A DNA stretch of 64,000 bases from Candidatus Latescibacterota bacterium (GCA_965261395.1 OZ253462.1:5248001-5312000); one strand, 5' to 3'; numbered from the stretch's first letter, positions 40,940 to 51,370 are shown. Made by a program: numbers and translations. The notes: generated by a model not told the origin, from the sequence alone.

Positions 40940-41538
40940 TTGTGTATGTAGAATCAAATTTTGTCCTTGAACTTGCTTTTCTTCAAGAAGAACATGAAAG
41001 TTGCCTGGAACTCTTGAGCCTATCAGAGTCAGGAGATATTTGCTTGGTGTTACCCGCCTTCAGTATTGGAGAGCCGTATGAAGCGTGGGTGCGTCGCTCA
41101 AAGCAAAGACGAGGACTGCATGAACAACTCATTACGGCTATTCATGAACTCTCTCGTTCGAGACCATACCAAGGATCATCGGATGAGTTTCAGGAGCTCA
41201 CGGATTTGTTGCTCAGAAGTGATGAAGAAGAGAAACGCCGACTCGATGATACTCTGCAAAGAATATTGCAGACGGTTGGAGTGATACCCATAGGTTTAAG
41301 CATCATCAGAGCCGCGATAACATTCCAAGAGAGTCGCAGTCTTTCGCCGCAAGATTCGATAGTCTATGCATCGATTCTCGACCACCTGACTACAGCATCC
41401 GAGGAGCTTCGCTGTTTCATTACCAAGAACTCCAAAGATTTTGCGAATCCGGATATTGAAAACGAACTGACGACGCACCATTGCCAATTTCTGACAAAGT
41501 TCGCTGATGGCTTGGGGTATATCCGTAGTCAGTTGTAG
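40936..41538 (+). CDS. PIN-domain protein
   Basis: VYVESNFVLE, SPQDSIVYAS and FITKNSKDF motifs. Confidence 0.82.
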   Translation: MIVYVESNFVLELAFLQEEHESCLELLSLSESGDICLVLPAFSIGEPYEAWVRRSKQRRGLHEQLITAIHELSRSRPYQGSSDEFQELTDLLLRSDEEEKRRLDDTLQRILQTVGVIPIGLSIIRAAITFQESRSLSPQDSIVYASILDHLTTASEELRCFITKNSKDFANPDIENELTTHHCQFLTKFADGLGYIRSQL

Positions 41539-41603
41539 ATGAGTACGCGCGCTTGGAACCTGACTATAAGGAAGGCGACGAGCAGACGAAGAAAGAGTCC
41601 ACT

Positions 41604-41629
41604 AGCCCAATAAGGCCGGTGGGCTTTTT
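41604..41629 (+). terminator. Intrinsic terminator
   Basis: AGCCCA-loop-TGGGCT followed by TTTT. Confidence 0.55.
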
Positions 41630-41699
41630 GCATGAGAGTTACTGAATAGCGTTAAAACGACAAAGCATGGCGAATTCACTAGCTGTCGTCATACGCCAC

Positions 41700-43604
41700 T
41701 CAACCATGAAAATAGGCGTGCCCCTCGCCCATAAACCAGAAAATATCCACCAAATACGACAACCCAATCCCCAAGAAATATCCGGCGATCAACCCCATGA
41801 AAAACGGCCGCGCCTGACGGTAGGCCGCGATCCCCCCATAGCGCATAATCGCACTCTTGGCCACCCACGCCAGAAAAACCGAAAACGCGATGAGTCGCGT
41901 CATCCACAGCGGGGCAACCGCAATGCCCACCGGATGCAGCGGCCACCAGTGCAAGCGATACTGGAGGAAGGCCAAAAGTGAGTACGCCACCATCCCGACC
42001 CCAAAGTAGGACAGCTTGTTCCAATCGGTCGGCCACGGATCGTTGAAGTGGCGGATCACTCCATTGTACGCCATGCCGCCCGCGCCACCGCCAGCGATGA
42101 AGTACCAGGAGCCAAAATTGCCCGCGCCGTATTTGTAGCACAGCGAGAGAACGAAGTAAAGACAGGTAGTGAAGCCCACGACCGCGGCAAGGCCCAGCGC
42201 CAAGGCCATCGACCGGCGAATCCGGTACAGTTCGCCGAGCCGTGCGCCGTGCGCCGCCGCCGGCATAAAGAGCGATTGCACGTCCCCAAACCAGGTATAG
42301 GAAACCCCCAGCGCCACCAAATTGTGCCCCCCGACACTCGTGCCGGTTATCGCCAGCGCAAAAGCCTGAGCACCCACCGGCGGCGTCAAAAAATAGACCC
42401 CGGCCTGCACCACCAGCCGCGTGATGCCGTAGTAGGCGACCAATACGCCAAAGACAAAGAGCGCGGCGATGTGAAGATCCATCCCAGACCGCCACAGCCA
42501 GCCGAGGATATAGACCAACGCGGCCATGAATCCGCAAACCGCCGTGCGATAGGAAACCATTTCCTCGCGATCGTCTATCGTCCGCCGTCCCCCCAAGGCT
42601 TGGCGCACGACCGCCACTAGATGGCCCCGCGCCATCCACAAGCTCAACAGCACCATCGCCGTAAACCCACCCCAAGCCTGCCAAGAAAGCGACTGCATCC
42701 CCCAAACGAAGGCGTCGGGTCGCGTCACGTCGTAACCGATGCGATTGGTAATCCCCTCTTGCACCACGGCTACCAAATAAAAGAACACGATGCTGAACGA
42801 AACGCTGGTGCTGACCAAGTACATAAAGCCGATCACCGGGAAGTAGAGCATCAGGCTGATGGTGGGAAACTCCCGGCTCAGTTGCAGATTGACGGCGTGA
42901 TTGAAGTTGATCTTGGGAAAGCCGATGTAGAACGAGCCAATAATATTGAAGAGGATCATCACCAGTGGAATCGCCGCGCCGATCCAAAACCCCTTAGAGC
43001 GCACAATCGCCCGCCCGTCGTCGTCAATCAGCAACCGAGGCATCTCCATCAGAGGAAAGACCAGCCGCTCGTGCTCGACCCACTGGCGGCGAAAAATCAC
43101 CACCAAGCAGAAGCAGGCGAAGTACACGGCCAGGATCAGACTCAACAACCAAAACAGCGGCCCGATCCAGGCCTCGAACGGCAGGGCTTGGCCCTTGGGC
43201 AGTCCCTCGTAAAACCAGCGCATGGCATCGCCATCGGCGCGGGGCACGATCCAATCGGGCAGGTAGGGATGGATGTTACCCGCCCAGTCGTTTTCCGGGG
43301 TAGCTCCGTAGTACGGCGATGAAATGATCGCCAGCAAGGTCCCGACGATAAAGGTCGGAATCCCGGTCGCCGCCAAGCCCATGATCACAATGGTAGCCAG
43401 CTCGGCAGGCCGCAACGCCCACGTGGGCCGCACCCACCGCACCAGTGCATTCGCCAGCAGAATCACTACAAAGCAAAAGCCGGCGCTAGTCGGAAAATAC
43501 GACCAAGTAATCTCCGATGAGCGCACCATCCAAATCGAATAGGGTGCCCCTATGACAATGGCCATCACGACCACAATCCCCAGCACGGCCGAGCGAAAAG
43601 TCAC
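41700..43604 (-). CDS. Polytopic membrane protein, DUF6785/DUF6784-like (putative transporter)
   Basis: RRQWVEHERLVFPL, WWPLHPVG and RYGG...YRQARPFFMGLIAG motifs; about 15 or more transmembrane segments; family assignment from memory. Confidence 0.65.
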   Translation of the reverse strand: MTFRSAVLGIVVVMAIVIGAPYSIWMVRSSEITWSYFPTSAGFCFVVILLANALVRWVRPTWALRPAELATIVIMGLAATGIPTFIVGTLLAIISSPYYGATPENDWAGNIHPYLPDWIVPRADGDAMRWFYEGLPKGQALPFEAWIGPLFWLLSLILAVYFACFCLVVIFRRQWVEHERLVFPLMEMPRLLIDDDGRAIVRSKGFWIGAAIPLVMILFNIIGSFYIGFPKINFNHAVNLQLSREFPTISLMLYFPVIGFMYLVSTSVSFSIVFFYLVAVVQEGITNRIGYDVTRPDAFVWGMQSLSWQAWGGFTAMVLLSLWMARGHLVAVVRQALGGRRTIDDREEMVSYRTAVCGFMAALVYILGWLWRSGMDLHIAALFVFGVLVAYYGITRLVVQAGVYFLTPPVGAQAFALAITGTSVGGHNLVALGVSYTWFGDVQSLFMPAAAHGARLGELYRIRRSMALALGLAAVVGFTTCLYFVLSLCYKYGAGNFGSWYFIAGGGAGGMAYNGVIRHFNDPWPTDWNKLSYFGVGMVAYSLLAFLQYRLHWWPLHPVGIAVAPLWMTRLIAFSVFLAWVAKSAIMRYGGIAAYRQARPFFMGLIAGYFLGIGLSYLVDIFWFMGEGHAYFHG

Positions 43605-43682
43605 GTTATACCGCCCTTGTGCAATCGATAATTCACAGCGTTCATTTATATATATTTAATGTTTCGCATCAACGTACTGACT

Positions 43683-44855
43683 ATGTCCACTAACGGCCTC
43701 ATGCCCCTCATCCTCGCACTGCTGCTGACGGCTTGCTCCAAAAGCACCGGCCCGGATAGCGGCCCGCAATCCCGCTGCACGGACGCGCCCGGCACCATTT
43801 GCACTTGGGCCGGCACGGGCGAAGCCGGCTTCAATGGCGAGGACCAGCCGCTGCTGGCCGCCACCCTCTACTGGCCAGTCGATCTCACCTTCACCCCCTC
43901 AGGCCAGATCTACCTCCTCGACTGGAACAACCACCGCGTGCGCCGCGTGACCCCGGAGGGCACCCTCGTTACCGCCATTGGCACGGACTTCGTCGGCGAC
44001 GGCCCCTACGACGAATCCGACCAAGTGCCCCCCGGCGCGCCCGGCACCGAAGTCCACCTCAACCACCCGACCCACCTCCTACCGCTGGCCGATGGCACCC
44101 TGCTGCTAACGGCTTGGCACAATCACAAGCTGCGCCTTTACGACCCGCAAACCGGGCTCGTCCAAGTCATCTGCGGCGCGGGTCCGGGATTTGCCGGTGA
44201 TGGCGGTCCGGCCCGCGACGCGCTTCTGAGCCAGCCGCCGCAGACGGTCTTAGGCCCCGACGGCGGGCTATACATCCTCGACCAGCGCAACCAGCGGGTG
44301 CGCAAAATAGACCCCGACGGCATTATCACCACCGTCGTCGGCAGCGGCGTGGCCGGGTTTGCTGGCGACGGCGGCAGCCCGCGCGAAGCCCAGCTACAGC
44401 TGCCAGCCGGGGCCAACCCACCGCCGGCCGGGGGCTTGGTCTTTGGTCCGCAGGGCCGACTCTATATCGCCGACGCCCTCAACCACCGCATCCGTCGCGT
44501 TGACTTTGACCTAGACCGGATCGAAACAGTGGCTGGTACCGGCGCGGCCGATGGTGGTGGCGACGGCGGACCGGCCCTCAGTGCAGCCCTCAACAACCCA
44601 CGTGACTTGGCCTTTGGTCCCGACGGCCGACTCTACATTGCCGACGAACTTAACCACCGCATCCGCGCCCTCGACCTAGCGACCGGCATCATTGAAACCG
44701 TTGTCGGTAGCGGCGCGGAGGGCTTTGCTGGCGATGGCGGACCGGCCCTCAGCGCAGCCCTCAACCGACCTGCCGGGCTTGACTTCGACCCGCAGGGGCG
44801 GCTCTATATCGCCGACACGTACAACCACCGCATCCGCCGCGTCATCTTGCCATGA
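43683..44855 (+). CDS. NHL-repeat (teneurin-like) lipoprotein
   Basis: Lipobox LLTAC; repeated GFAGDGGPA..A.LNxP...GRLYIAD..NHRIR. Confidence 0.88.
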   Translation: MSTNGLMPLILALLLTACSKSTGPDSGPQSRCTDAPGTICTWAGTGEAGFNGEDQPLLAATLYWPVDLTFTPSGQIYLLDWNNHRVRRVTPEGTLVTAIGTDFVGDGPYDESDQVPPGAPGTEVHLNHPTHLLPLADGTLLLTAWHNHKLRLYDPQTGLVQVICGAGPGFAGDGGPARDALLSQPPQTVLGPDGGLYILDQRNQRVRKIDPDGIITTVVGSGVAGFAGDGGSPREAQLQLPAGANPPPAGGLVFGPQGRLYIADALNHRIRRVDFDLDRIETVAGTGAADGGGDGGPALSAALNNPRDLAFGPDGRLYIADELNHRIRALDLATGIIETVVGSGAEGFAGDGGPALSAALNRPAGLDFDPQGRLYIADTYNHRIRRVILP

Positions 44856-45976
44856 TCTACCTAGCCTTCTTGCTCATCGCCCTGTCCGCTTGCGGGGAAG
44901 CACCCATTGGCCCTAGTAGCCCCTACGAACGCATCGAAACCTTTGCCGGCACCGGCGACGCGGGCAAAGGCCCCGAAGAACCAACGCTGCGTCAAGCGCT
45001 CTTCTACCTGCCGCAAGATCTGACCTATGGTCCCGACGGGCGGCTCTACATCCTCGACTGGAACAACCACCGCGTCCGCGTGGTCACCGACGGCCGCATC
45101 AGCACCCTGATCGGCACCGGCGAACTCGGCGACGCCCCGGCCGGCCGAGCGCGCGAGATCGGCCTCAATCATCCGACCCACATCTCCTTCGACCCGTTCG
45201 GACGCCTGATACTCTCGGCTTGGCACAATTCGATAATCCTGCGCTACGACTTTGCCACCGACTATATAGAGCCGGTCTGCGGCACCGGCGAGCGCACCTA
45301 CAGCGGCGACGGAGGGCCCGCCGGCCAAGCGACGGTCAACCTGCCAAGCGCTACCGCCTTCGACCCGCTCGGACGCATGTATATCTCCGACCAGGAAAAC
45401 CAGCGCATCCGCATGGTCGATATAGACGGCACGATTTCCACGGTCGTCGGCACCGGTGAGCCGGGTTTTTTCGGCGACGGGGGTCCCGCCGACCAAGCCC
45501 GGATCTACGCTCCGATAGGCCAAGCGGCCCCTCCTACCAGCCGCATCGCCACCGACGAATTCGGCAACCTCTACATCGCCGACACCTTCAACAACCGCAT
45601 CCGCAAGGTTGACGCAGCAACCAACATCATCACCACCATCGCCGGCAGTGGAGCCTTCCCCCCCATGCCCGGCGGCGAGCGCGACGAGGGGGCCGCGGCG
45701 ATCGACGTTTCGCTCTATTGGCCCTGCGACGTGGGCATCGACTCCGAAGGCCGGGTCTTTTTCGCCGACACCTTCAACCACTGCGTGCGCTACATCGACC
45801 TCGACGGTGCGCTCTATACCGTGGCCGGTCAGTGCGGCAAATCCGGCGATATGGGCGATGGCGGCGATCCGCAGGCCGCCCTACTCAATCGCCCCTACGG
45901 CATCGAACTCGACCCGGACGACAACCTCTACATCGCCGATACCCGCAACCACCGCATTCGCCTAGTGCGCAAATGA
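44852..45976 (+). CDS. NHL-repeat lipoprotein, paralog of the upstream gene
   Basis: Lipobox LSAC; YILDWNNHRVR, GDGG and LYIADT.N.RIR repeats. Confidence 0.88.
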   Translation: MIYLAFLLIALSACGEAPIGPSSPYERIETFAGTGDAGKGPEEPTLRQALFYLPQDLTYGPDGRLYILDWNNHRVRVVTDGRISTLIGTGELGDAPAGRAREIGLNHPTHISFDPFGRLILSAWHNSIILRYDFATDYIEPVCGTGERTYSGDGGPAGQATVNLPSATAFDPLGRMYISDQENQRIRMVDIDGTISTVVGTGEPGFFGDGGPADQARIYAPIGQAAPPTSRIATDEFGNLYIADTFNNRIRKVDAATNIITTIAGSGAFPPMPGGERDEGAAAIDVSLYWPCDVGIDSEGRVFFADTFNHCVRYIDLDGALYTVAGQCGKSGDMGDGGDPQAALLNRPYGIELDPDDNLYIADTRNHRIRLVRK

Positions 45977-45995
45977 AAGGCGACCGCGACGGCCG

Positions 45996-46793
45996 CTAAT
46001 CATCTAGGTTGCCCTGGACTATCACCGCTCCTGCAAATCCCTCGGCCACCATCCGCTCGGCAAAGGCCCACACCTCGGATTGGGGCAGCAGCGCGTTGTT
46101 GCTGATGATCAAATCCGCCCCCACGTGGCCGATGCCGCGCAACCCATCTATACTTTGCAGCGCGCCGTTGCCGCTGACTTCCAAAAAGTCCCGCACTCTG
46201 GCCAAGTAGTGCAGGCCCTCTAGGCTTTGCAGTGCGTCGTTGAACCAAATGTCCACGCTACCTTCGATCTCCACGAGGTGCGGCATATCCGTCAGGGACG
46301 TAAGCGACTCATTGCGGACGAGCGACAAGCCCCCGCTGACAGAGGCCAAGTTTTCCAGCCCTTTAAGCGAGCGCAGGGCCTTGTTTTCAAAGATCAACAG
46401 TCCTTCCACCACGTGAGCGGCTTTGCCAGCCGCCGGTGTGGGCAAGGGCGGCGGTGCGGCCGCCGGACCTAGCCCAGCGCCGACGCTTTCAAGCCCTTCC
46501 AGCCCCGTTAGGCTTTCCAAGCGGTCGTTAAACCAAATCTCGACGCTGCCCTCGACGCGCCTCAGCCCCTCCAAACCCGTCAGCGCGACTAAGCTGCTGC
46601 CGACGATCTGCAAGTCGCCGTCGATGATGTACTCAGCGCCCCCTCTTTCCCTAAGGGCAGCGACATCCGCCGCCGACGCAATGACAACGCCCTCTGCCAA
46701 GATGACCGGTGCTACCGGCTCTTTGCCACAACCCGCCAGCGCGACCAGCAACGGCAAGATCGACCTAGCGCACGGCTCAAAAATCCCGCGCAC
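45996..46793 (-). CDS. Receptor-L-domain (LRR-like) lipoprotein
   Basis: Lipobox LAGC; repeats of N..L.SL.GLE.L..V.G.(L/V).I. Confidence 0.75.
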   Translation of the reverse strand: MRGIFEPCARSILPLLVALAGCGKEPVAPVILAEGVVIASAADVAALRERGGAEYIIDGDLQIVGSSLVALTGLEGLRRVEGSVEIWFNDRLESLTGLEGLESVGAGLGPAAAPPPLPTPAAGKAAHVVEGLLIFENKALRSLKGLENLASVSGGLSLVRNESLTSLTDMPHLVEIEGSVDIWFNDALQSLEGLHYLARVRDFLEVSGNGALQSIDGLRGIGHVGADLIISNNALLPQSEVWAFAERMVAEGFAGAVIVQGNLDD

Positions 46794-47607
46794 ACCGGAA
46801 CCCAATGTCAATATCGGTCAACAGCGGAAGATAGGCTTCTCGATTCGCCGCGGGCAGGGACTCCTTCTCAAACCACCACGACCCACCCCGCAGCACCCCG
46901 AACTCCCCGCGCAACGGCCCCTGCGGATTGTCCCGTGGACTCTCTGCATAGTAAGTGTCCCCGTACCAATCGGCCACCCACTCCCACACATTGCCCGCCA
47001 TGTCGTGTGCCCCATACGGCGACACTCCGGCGGGACGGCTGCCCACCGGCTCGGTCGCTCCGGCAATAAAGCGAAAGTTGGCCTCGTCTCCTTCCAACTC
47101 GTATCCCCAAGGATATATGCGCCCATTAGTTCCACGCGCGGCCTTCTCCCACTCGGCCTCCGTCGGCAGCCGCAGACCAGCCCACGCGCAATAGTCGAGC
47201 GCGTGTTGGCGGTTCGCGCAGTTGATGGGATGAGTGTCCTCTATATCTTTGTCCCAGCTACAGTTAGGGGCATAGGCTGGCTCGTCGCAGGCGTCGGCCT
47301 CCACGCAGCGCCGGTACAGTCCTATGGTGACCTCGAACTGGTCTATGTAGTACGCGGAAAGAAATACTTGGTGCGGCGGCTGCTCGTCCGGCTCGCCCGC
47401 GTCCCAACCCATCACAAAGAGGCCTTCGGGCACGAGCACCATGGCGTGCTCGGCTTTGTTGATCTCGGCGACTGGAGTAGAATCTTCGGTAGCGGGAGCC
47501 TCGCCGGGCGAGGTGGGCGCAACCACGCGAGTCCCGCTCACTTGCCCCGGGTCCTTTTGGCCGCAACCAAGTGCCCACAGGGCCATGCACACTAGCGCGC
47601 GACTCAA
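46777..47607 (-). CDS. FGE-sulfatase (SUMF1-like) domain lipoprotein, probably non-catalytic
   Basis: RLPTEAEWEKAARG, DMAGNVWEW, RGGSW and GFRCA motifs; the catalytic CxxxxC is not seen; lipobox ALGC. Confidence 0.85.
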   Translation of the reverse strand: MSRALVCMALWALGCGQKDPGQVSGTRVVAPTSPGEAPATEDSTPVAEINKAEHAMVLVPEGLFVMGWDAGEPDEQPPHQVFLSAYYIDQFEVTIGLYRRCVEADACDEPAYAPNCSWDKDIEDTHPINCANRQHALDYCAWAGLRLPTEAEWEKAARGTNGRIYPWGYELEGDEANFRFIAGATEPVGSRPAGVSPYGAHDMAGNVWEWVADWYGDTYYAESPRDNPQGPLRGEFGVLRGGSWWFEKESLPAANREAYLPLLTDIDIGFRCARDF

Positions 47608-47618
47608 CGTGCGGCCCC

Positions 47619-49610
47619 TTAGAACACGACCTGCGACACGGCCTTGGAAATCAGCGCAACGGCAATGGACGTCATGCCGATCAGACCCACGCCGCACGAG
47701 TACCCGGCCAGCACGATGGGCGCGTACGCGTACCAGCGCTCGGGGCCAAAGCGCTTTTGCAAGTAGAAGCGGCCCAGCAGGGCACCGACGAAGTTGAGGA
47801 TGGCAAAGTGCGGCCACCCGCCGAGGCCGGCGACAAAACCATAGAAGATCCCCAGCGGCGCGCTGAGTGCGCTCAGCAGCGCGTACAATGCGCCGCTAAA
47901 GGCCAGTCCAATCCCGATGTAATCCCAGCGAATAATTTGGGTCACCAAGCTCTGGCCCGCGCCCGGCAGGGTGGACTTGGCCCAGAACGCCTGCATGGTG
48001 GCGTGGAAGGGCCACATCTTTTGCACGAACGGGTACGCCGAGGAAGGAATCGGCCCGAGCTTCCATATCAGTGACCAAAACAGAAAGCTACACACAAACA
48101 TGACGGCCAAGGTCAGGGCCGTCATCTTGACGATGCTGCCAAAGCGGGTGCGCGTCAGTTCTAGCTGCTTGAACACTTGCGCCTCGTAGCCCCACTGGAA
48201 AATCGGCACCGGCGCGAACCAAATCCCGGCCCCTTGGTAGCCAGACAAATAGAAGCTGGCCTCGCGCAAATAGGGGAAAGTCACCCCCTGCGGCGATCCT
48301 GTTAGGCCGATCATCCGCGTGCCGATGTACGAGTAGATCGGCGTCCACACAAAACCGAAGAACGCCGTGATCCACCAGGGAAAATCGGGCACCAAATAGT
48401 ACACCATCAGCACGAAGCCCAGCGTGCTTACTGCCCAGATCCCCAAGGCCATGACAACGCGGATGTCGCCGCGCTCGGGGCCGGGCCCTTGGCTAGGCTC
48501 CCGAGTTGGCGCGCGCTCCTTGCTGACGGCGAGCAAGACCTTGCCCGCCGTATAGAAGCCTACGGCCGCGACCACGATGGCCCCGCCCAGCGAAAAACTC
48601 AGCCAAAAGTCAAAGGTATTGGCAATCTGGGTGGGGATCGACGACATGCCCGGCTCCCAGGTATGCAGGATGCCGTAGGCATAGAGGATGGGGTTGGCGA
48701 CCAAGTTGACCAAGATCGACGAGGCAAACACCCCTACTACGACCCAGAACGGCAGCACGAGGCCGAATAGCACGTGGATCAAATCCGTGGCCAAGCCGAT
48801 GACCGCGGCGGGCAAAACCGCCTTTAGCGGCACGGTGAAGTCGATGAAGGGAATCGGCAAAATCGACACGGTCTCGGTCAGAAAAACCGACGACAGCGTT
48901 GGCACCACCACGTAGAATACGCCCCACACCGCCCCGATAAAGGCCCCCGTGCTAAACACGTGCCAGCGCCAGCCCTCCTGCTTGGCCGAGGTCTCGGCGA
49001 GGGCAGTGGCACCGCCGGCCTGCACATAGGCCATGGGAAAGGGCAAGCGCTCAATGTCGTGGGTGATGCGGAAGAGCACATAGCCCAACGACAGGGCGTT
49101 GACCCGCTGCAATGCAACGGCGCAGAGGAGGATGACGATGGGCCTAAGCCACGCGCTGTCTAGAAAGCTGCGCTCTAAGAGTGCCTCCGACCCACGCGGG
49201 GGCACGACCCAAGTTGGAATGTGTTCGGCCAGCCCGTCGGCTTGGGGCGATTGGATCAGATATTGATCCCAGATCAACACGCCGAATGGGCCGCCGAAGA
49301 GATCGGCCCCAGTGCCCAGCTTGCCGCCCATCATCACCAAGCCGCCGGCCACCCAGTAGAGGATGATGATCTCCTGAGTCCGCAGATACACGAAGGTGCG
49401 CTTGGCCATTTCGATAAACAGAATCAGGGTCACCCACTCGGCACCCCCGGCCATGCTCATCCCGGTCACCAGCCCGAGGTAAATCGCGCCCGGCAGCATC
49501 ACGAAGCCGACGAAGAGCGCCGCCCACAGGGTCTTTGTATTAAAGCCCGGTTCAAAGGGGGCGTCGGCGGGCATAACCGCGAAGCGCTCTTGGGTGTTAG
49601 CCTGTGACAA
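47619..49610 (-). CDS. OPT-like polytopic membrane protein (putative peptide transporter)
   Basis: AEWVTLILF.E, DIERLPFPMA and PIPSSAYP motifs; many transmembrane segments. Confidence 0.65.
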   Translation of the reverse strand: MSQANTQERFAVMPADAPFEPGFNTKTLWAALFVGFVMLPGAIYLGLVTGMSMAGGAEWVTLILFIEMAKRTFVYLRTQEIIILYWVAGGLVMMGGKLGTGADLFGGPFGVLIWDQYLIQSPQADGLAEHIPTWVVPPRGSEALLERSFLDSAWLRPIVILLCAVALQRVNALSLGYVLFRITHDIERLPFPMAYVQAGGATALAETSAKQEGWRWHVFSTGAFIGAVWGVFYVVVPTLSSVFLTETVSILPIPFIDFTVPLKAVLPAAVIGLATDLIHVLFGLVLPFWVVVGVFASSILVNLVANPILYAYGILHTWEPGMSSIPTQIANTFDFWLSFSLGGAIVVAAVGFYTAGKVLLAVSKERAPTREPSQGPGPERGDIRVVMALGIWAVSTLGFVLMVYYLVPDFPWWITAFFGFVWTPIYSYIGTRMIGLTGSPQGVTFPYLREASFYLSGYQGAGIWFAPVPIFQWGYEAQVFKQLELTRTRFGSIVKMTALTLAVMFVCSFLFWSLIWKLGPIPSSAYPFVQKMWPFHATMQAFWAKSTLPGAGQSLVTQIIRWDYIGIGLAFSGALYALLSALSAPLGIFYGFVAGLGGWPHFAILNFVGALLGRFYLQKRFGPERWYAYAPIVLAGYSCGVGLIGMTSIAVALISKAVSQVVF

Positions 49611-49630
49611 GAATCTCTTCCCTCGTCTGC

Positions 49631-51283
49631 TCAGTTCTGCACCAACTCGTCGTCGAAATACCGCAAGTGCTCTTCGTACACGTCAATCTGCTCGGCATAT
49701 TTTTTGTGCAAATCCAGCAGATAGCCGTTGAAGTACTCTCGCTCGGTGCGCTCCCCCACGTCCCGCATCACTGCATCCCGCACCCGCTCTAGCTCTAGGC
49801 CGTGATAAATCTCTGGATATCGTTCGATAACCCGGAAGATCGAGTAGCCTCCCCTCGTTTGGATCGGCCCTTGGAGCTGGTTTAGCTCGGCGTTCATCAC
49901 CGCGTTCATCCAAGCCTCCCCTAAAAAGGGAGCCTGTGATTCAGAGACGTACAGGAGGCCATCTTCGGCGGCGCGGCGCCGGCTGTGGGCACGCGCTAGC
50001 TCTGCCCACTCGGCACCCGCCTCAAGCTGAGCCGCGATCTGACGCGCCTCGCTCGGGGTTTCGAGCAAAATTTCCTCCAATTGTGCATGGGGGGGGCTGC
50101 GAAAGCGGTGCTTGTGCTCCTCGTAGAAGGCCCGTAGCTCGTCCTCCGTCGGCGCGGGAGCCTCCGCCAAGATCTGCTCGCGCAGTTTTATCAGCATCAG
50201 GTTGCCCAACGCCAGAGCCTGCGACCGCGCGAAAGCCTCGGTTTTGTCAAGGCCCTTGCGCCGGGCGTCGTGGGCCATGATGCGGGTGGGGAAGTGGCTT
50301 TCAGATAGTTTCTCGTTGACCGCGTCGGCTGTGGCTTCCGGCCACAGCCGGCCCGATGGCCGCACGGCCTCTAAGACCTCTGCCACATCCATCTGCAAGC
50401 CCTCGAAAGCATAGACTGGGTGCTGGCGCTGGGCCTCGTCCAAATCCGCATAACGGACCGCGCCCTGTAAGACGCCGACCACTATATCCATGCCCTCGGC
50501 GTCAAAAACCGTGTCCAAATCCCACTTGAGGTGCCGCAGGTATGATTCGCGCAGTTGCTTTTGCTGCTCGTCGCCGAGTGCTTCGCGGATGCCGTCCTCA
50601 ACCTCGACCAATGCGGCGCGGCGACGCTCCGCCACTTTGGCAATGACGAATCCCCCGTGCAAGGGGAGCGGCTCGGTCTCGCCGCCCACGGGCAGGGCGA
50701 AGACCGCTTGCGCCAAGTCGGGGGGGCTGTCGAAGGGCGAATAGGCCAACCGCCGGATTTCACCGGTATGCACGCCGTAATAAGGGTCGGCGGTGAATTG
50801 GCGACCAGCTTCCGCAAAATCCTCGCCCTGTGCCAAAAGCGCTTGTACCTGACGCGCCTGTTCCCGGCTAGGCACAAAAATCTCCATAGTAGTGACCTTT
50901 TCTCCCCACCCTGGCCGCGCGTAGGCTTTTTCGATATCGTCCTCCGTCACCGCGACGTTGGCCGCGACGTTGCGCCGCAACATCGCGTCGGCGAGAGCCT
51001 TAGTTTCGCGCTTGGCAAGTTCGGCTAAGACCGCTTCGTCGCGCTGCAAACCCCGCCCGTTAGCCGCCAAAAGCAACACCTCGCGGTCAATGAGCGTCTG
51101 CAAGTTGTCCCGGTGCTGCGCGCGCATAGCGGCCGTTTTGAGATTGGCCTCAAAGGTACGCAGATCGGACGCAGTAATTTCGACCTCGCCGACCTTGGCC
51201 AGCAGCGAGGCGTTGTCTGGCCGCTCATCGCCACAGCTAATGCAGGCCCCGACTAGCAGCCCGGCCAACAGCGATTTGTGCAT
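49631..51283 (-). CDS. PpiC/parvulin-type foldase lipoprotein (SurA/PrsA-like, two PPIase-like domains)
   Basis: Lipobox CISC; LAKVGEVEIT; GEDFAEA and GAEWAELARAHS; GPIQTRGGYSIF. Confidence 0.75.
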   Translation of the reverse strand: MHKSLLAGLLVGACISCGDERPDNASLLAKVGEVEITASDLRTFEANLKTAAMRAQHRDNLQTLIDREVLLLAANGRGLQRDEAVLAELAKRETKALADAMLRRNVAANVAVTEDDIEKAYARPGWGEKVTTMEIFVPSREQARQVQALLAQGEDFAEAGRQFTADPYYGVHTGEIRRLAYSPFDSPPDLAQAVFALPVGGETEPLPLHGGFVIAKVAERRRAALVEVEDGIREALGDEQQKQLRESYLRHLKWDLDTVFDAEGMDIVVGVLQGAVRYADLDEAQRQHPVYAFEGLQMDVAEVLEAVRPSGRLWPEATADAVNEKLSESHFPTRIMAHDARRKGLDKTEAFARSQALALGNLMLIKLREQILAEAPAPTEDELRAFYEEHKHRFRSPPHAQLEEILLETPSEARQIAAQLEAGAEWAELARAHSRRRAAEDGLLYVSESQAPFLGEAWMNAVMNAELNQLQGPIQTRGGYSIFRVIERYPEIYHGLELERVRDAVMRDVGERTEREYFNGYLLDLHKKYAEQIDVYEEHLRYFDDELVQN

Positions 51284-51370
51284 AAAAAGAGGAGCTAGAC
51301 GGAAGGTCCAGCTCCTCGTAACGAGATATCCTGTCATACGCGTTATCCAGATGCGAAGCAGCGTCGGGAC

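Noticed and set aside
46777-47607. Active formylglycine-generating enzyme or diversity-generating retroelement target
   Set aside because: The catalytic cysteine pair is not seen, and there is no reverse transcriptase or template repeat in the window.
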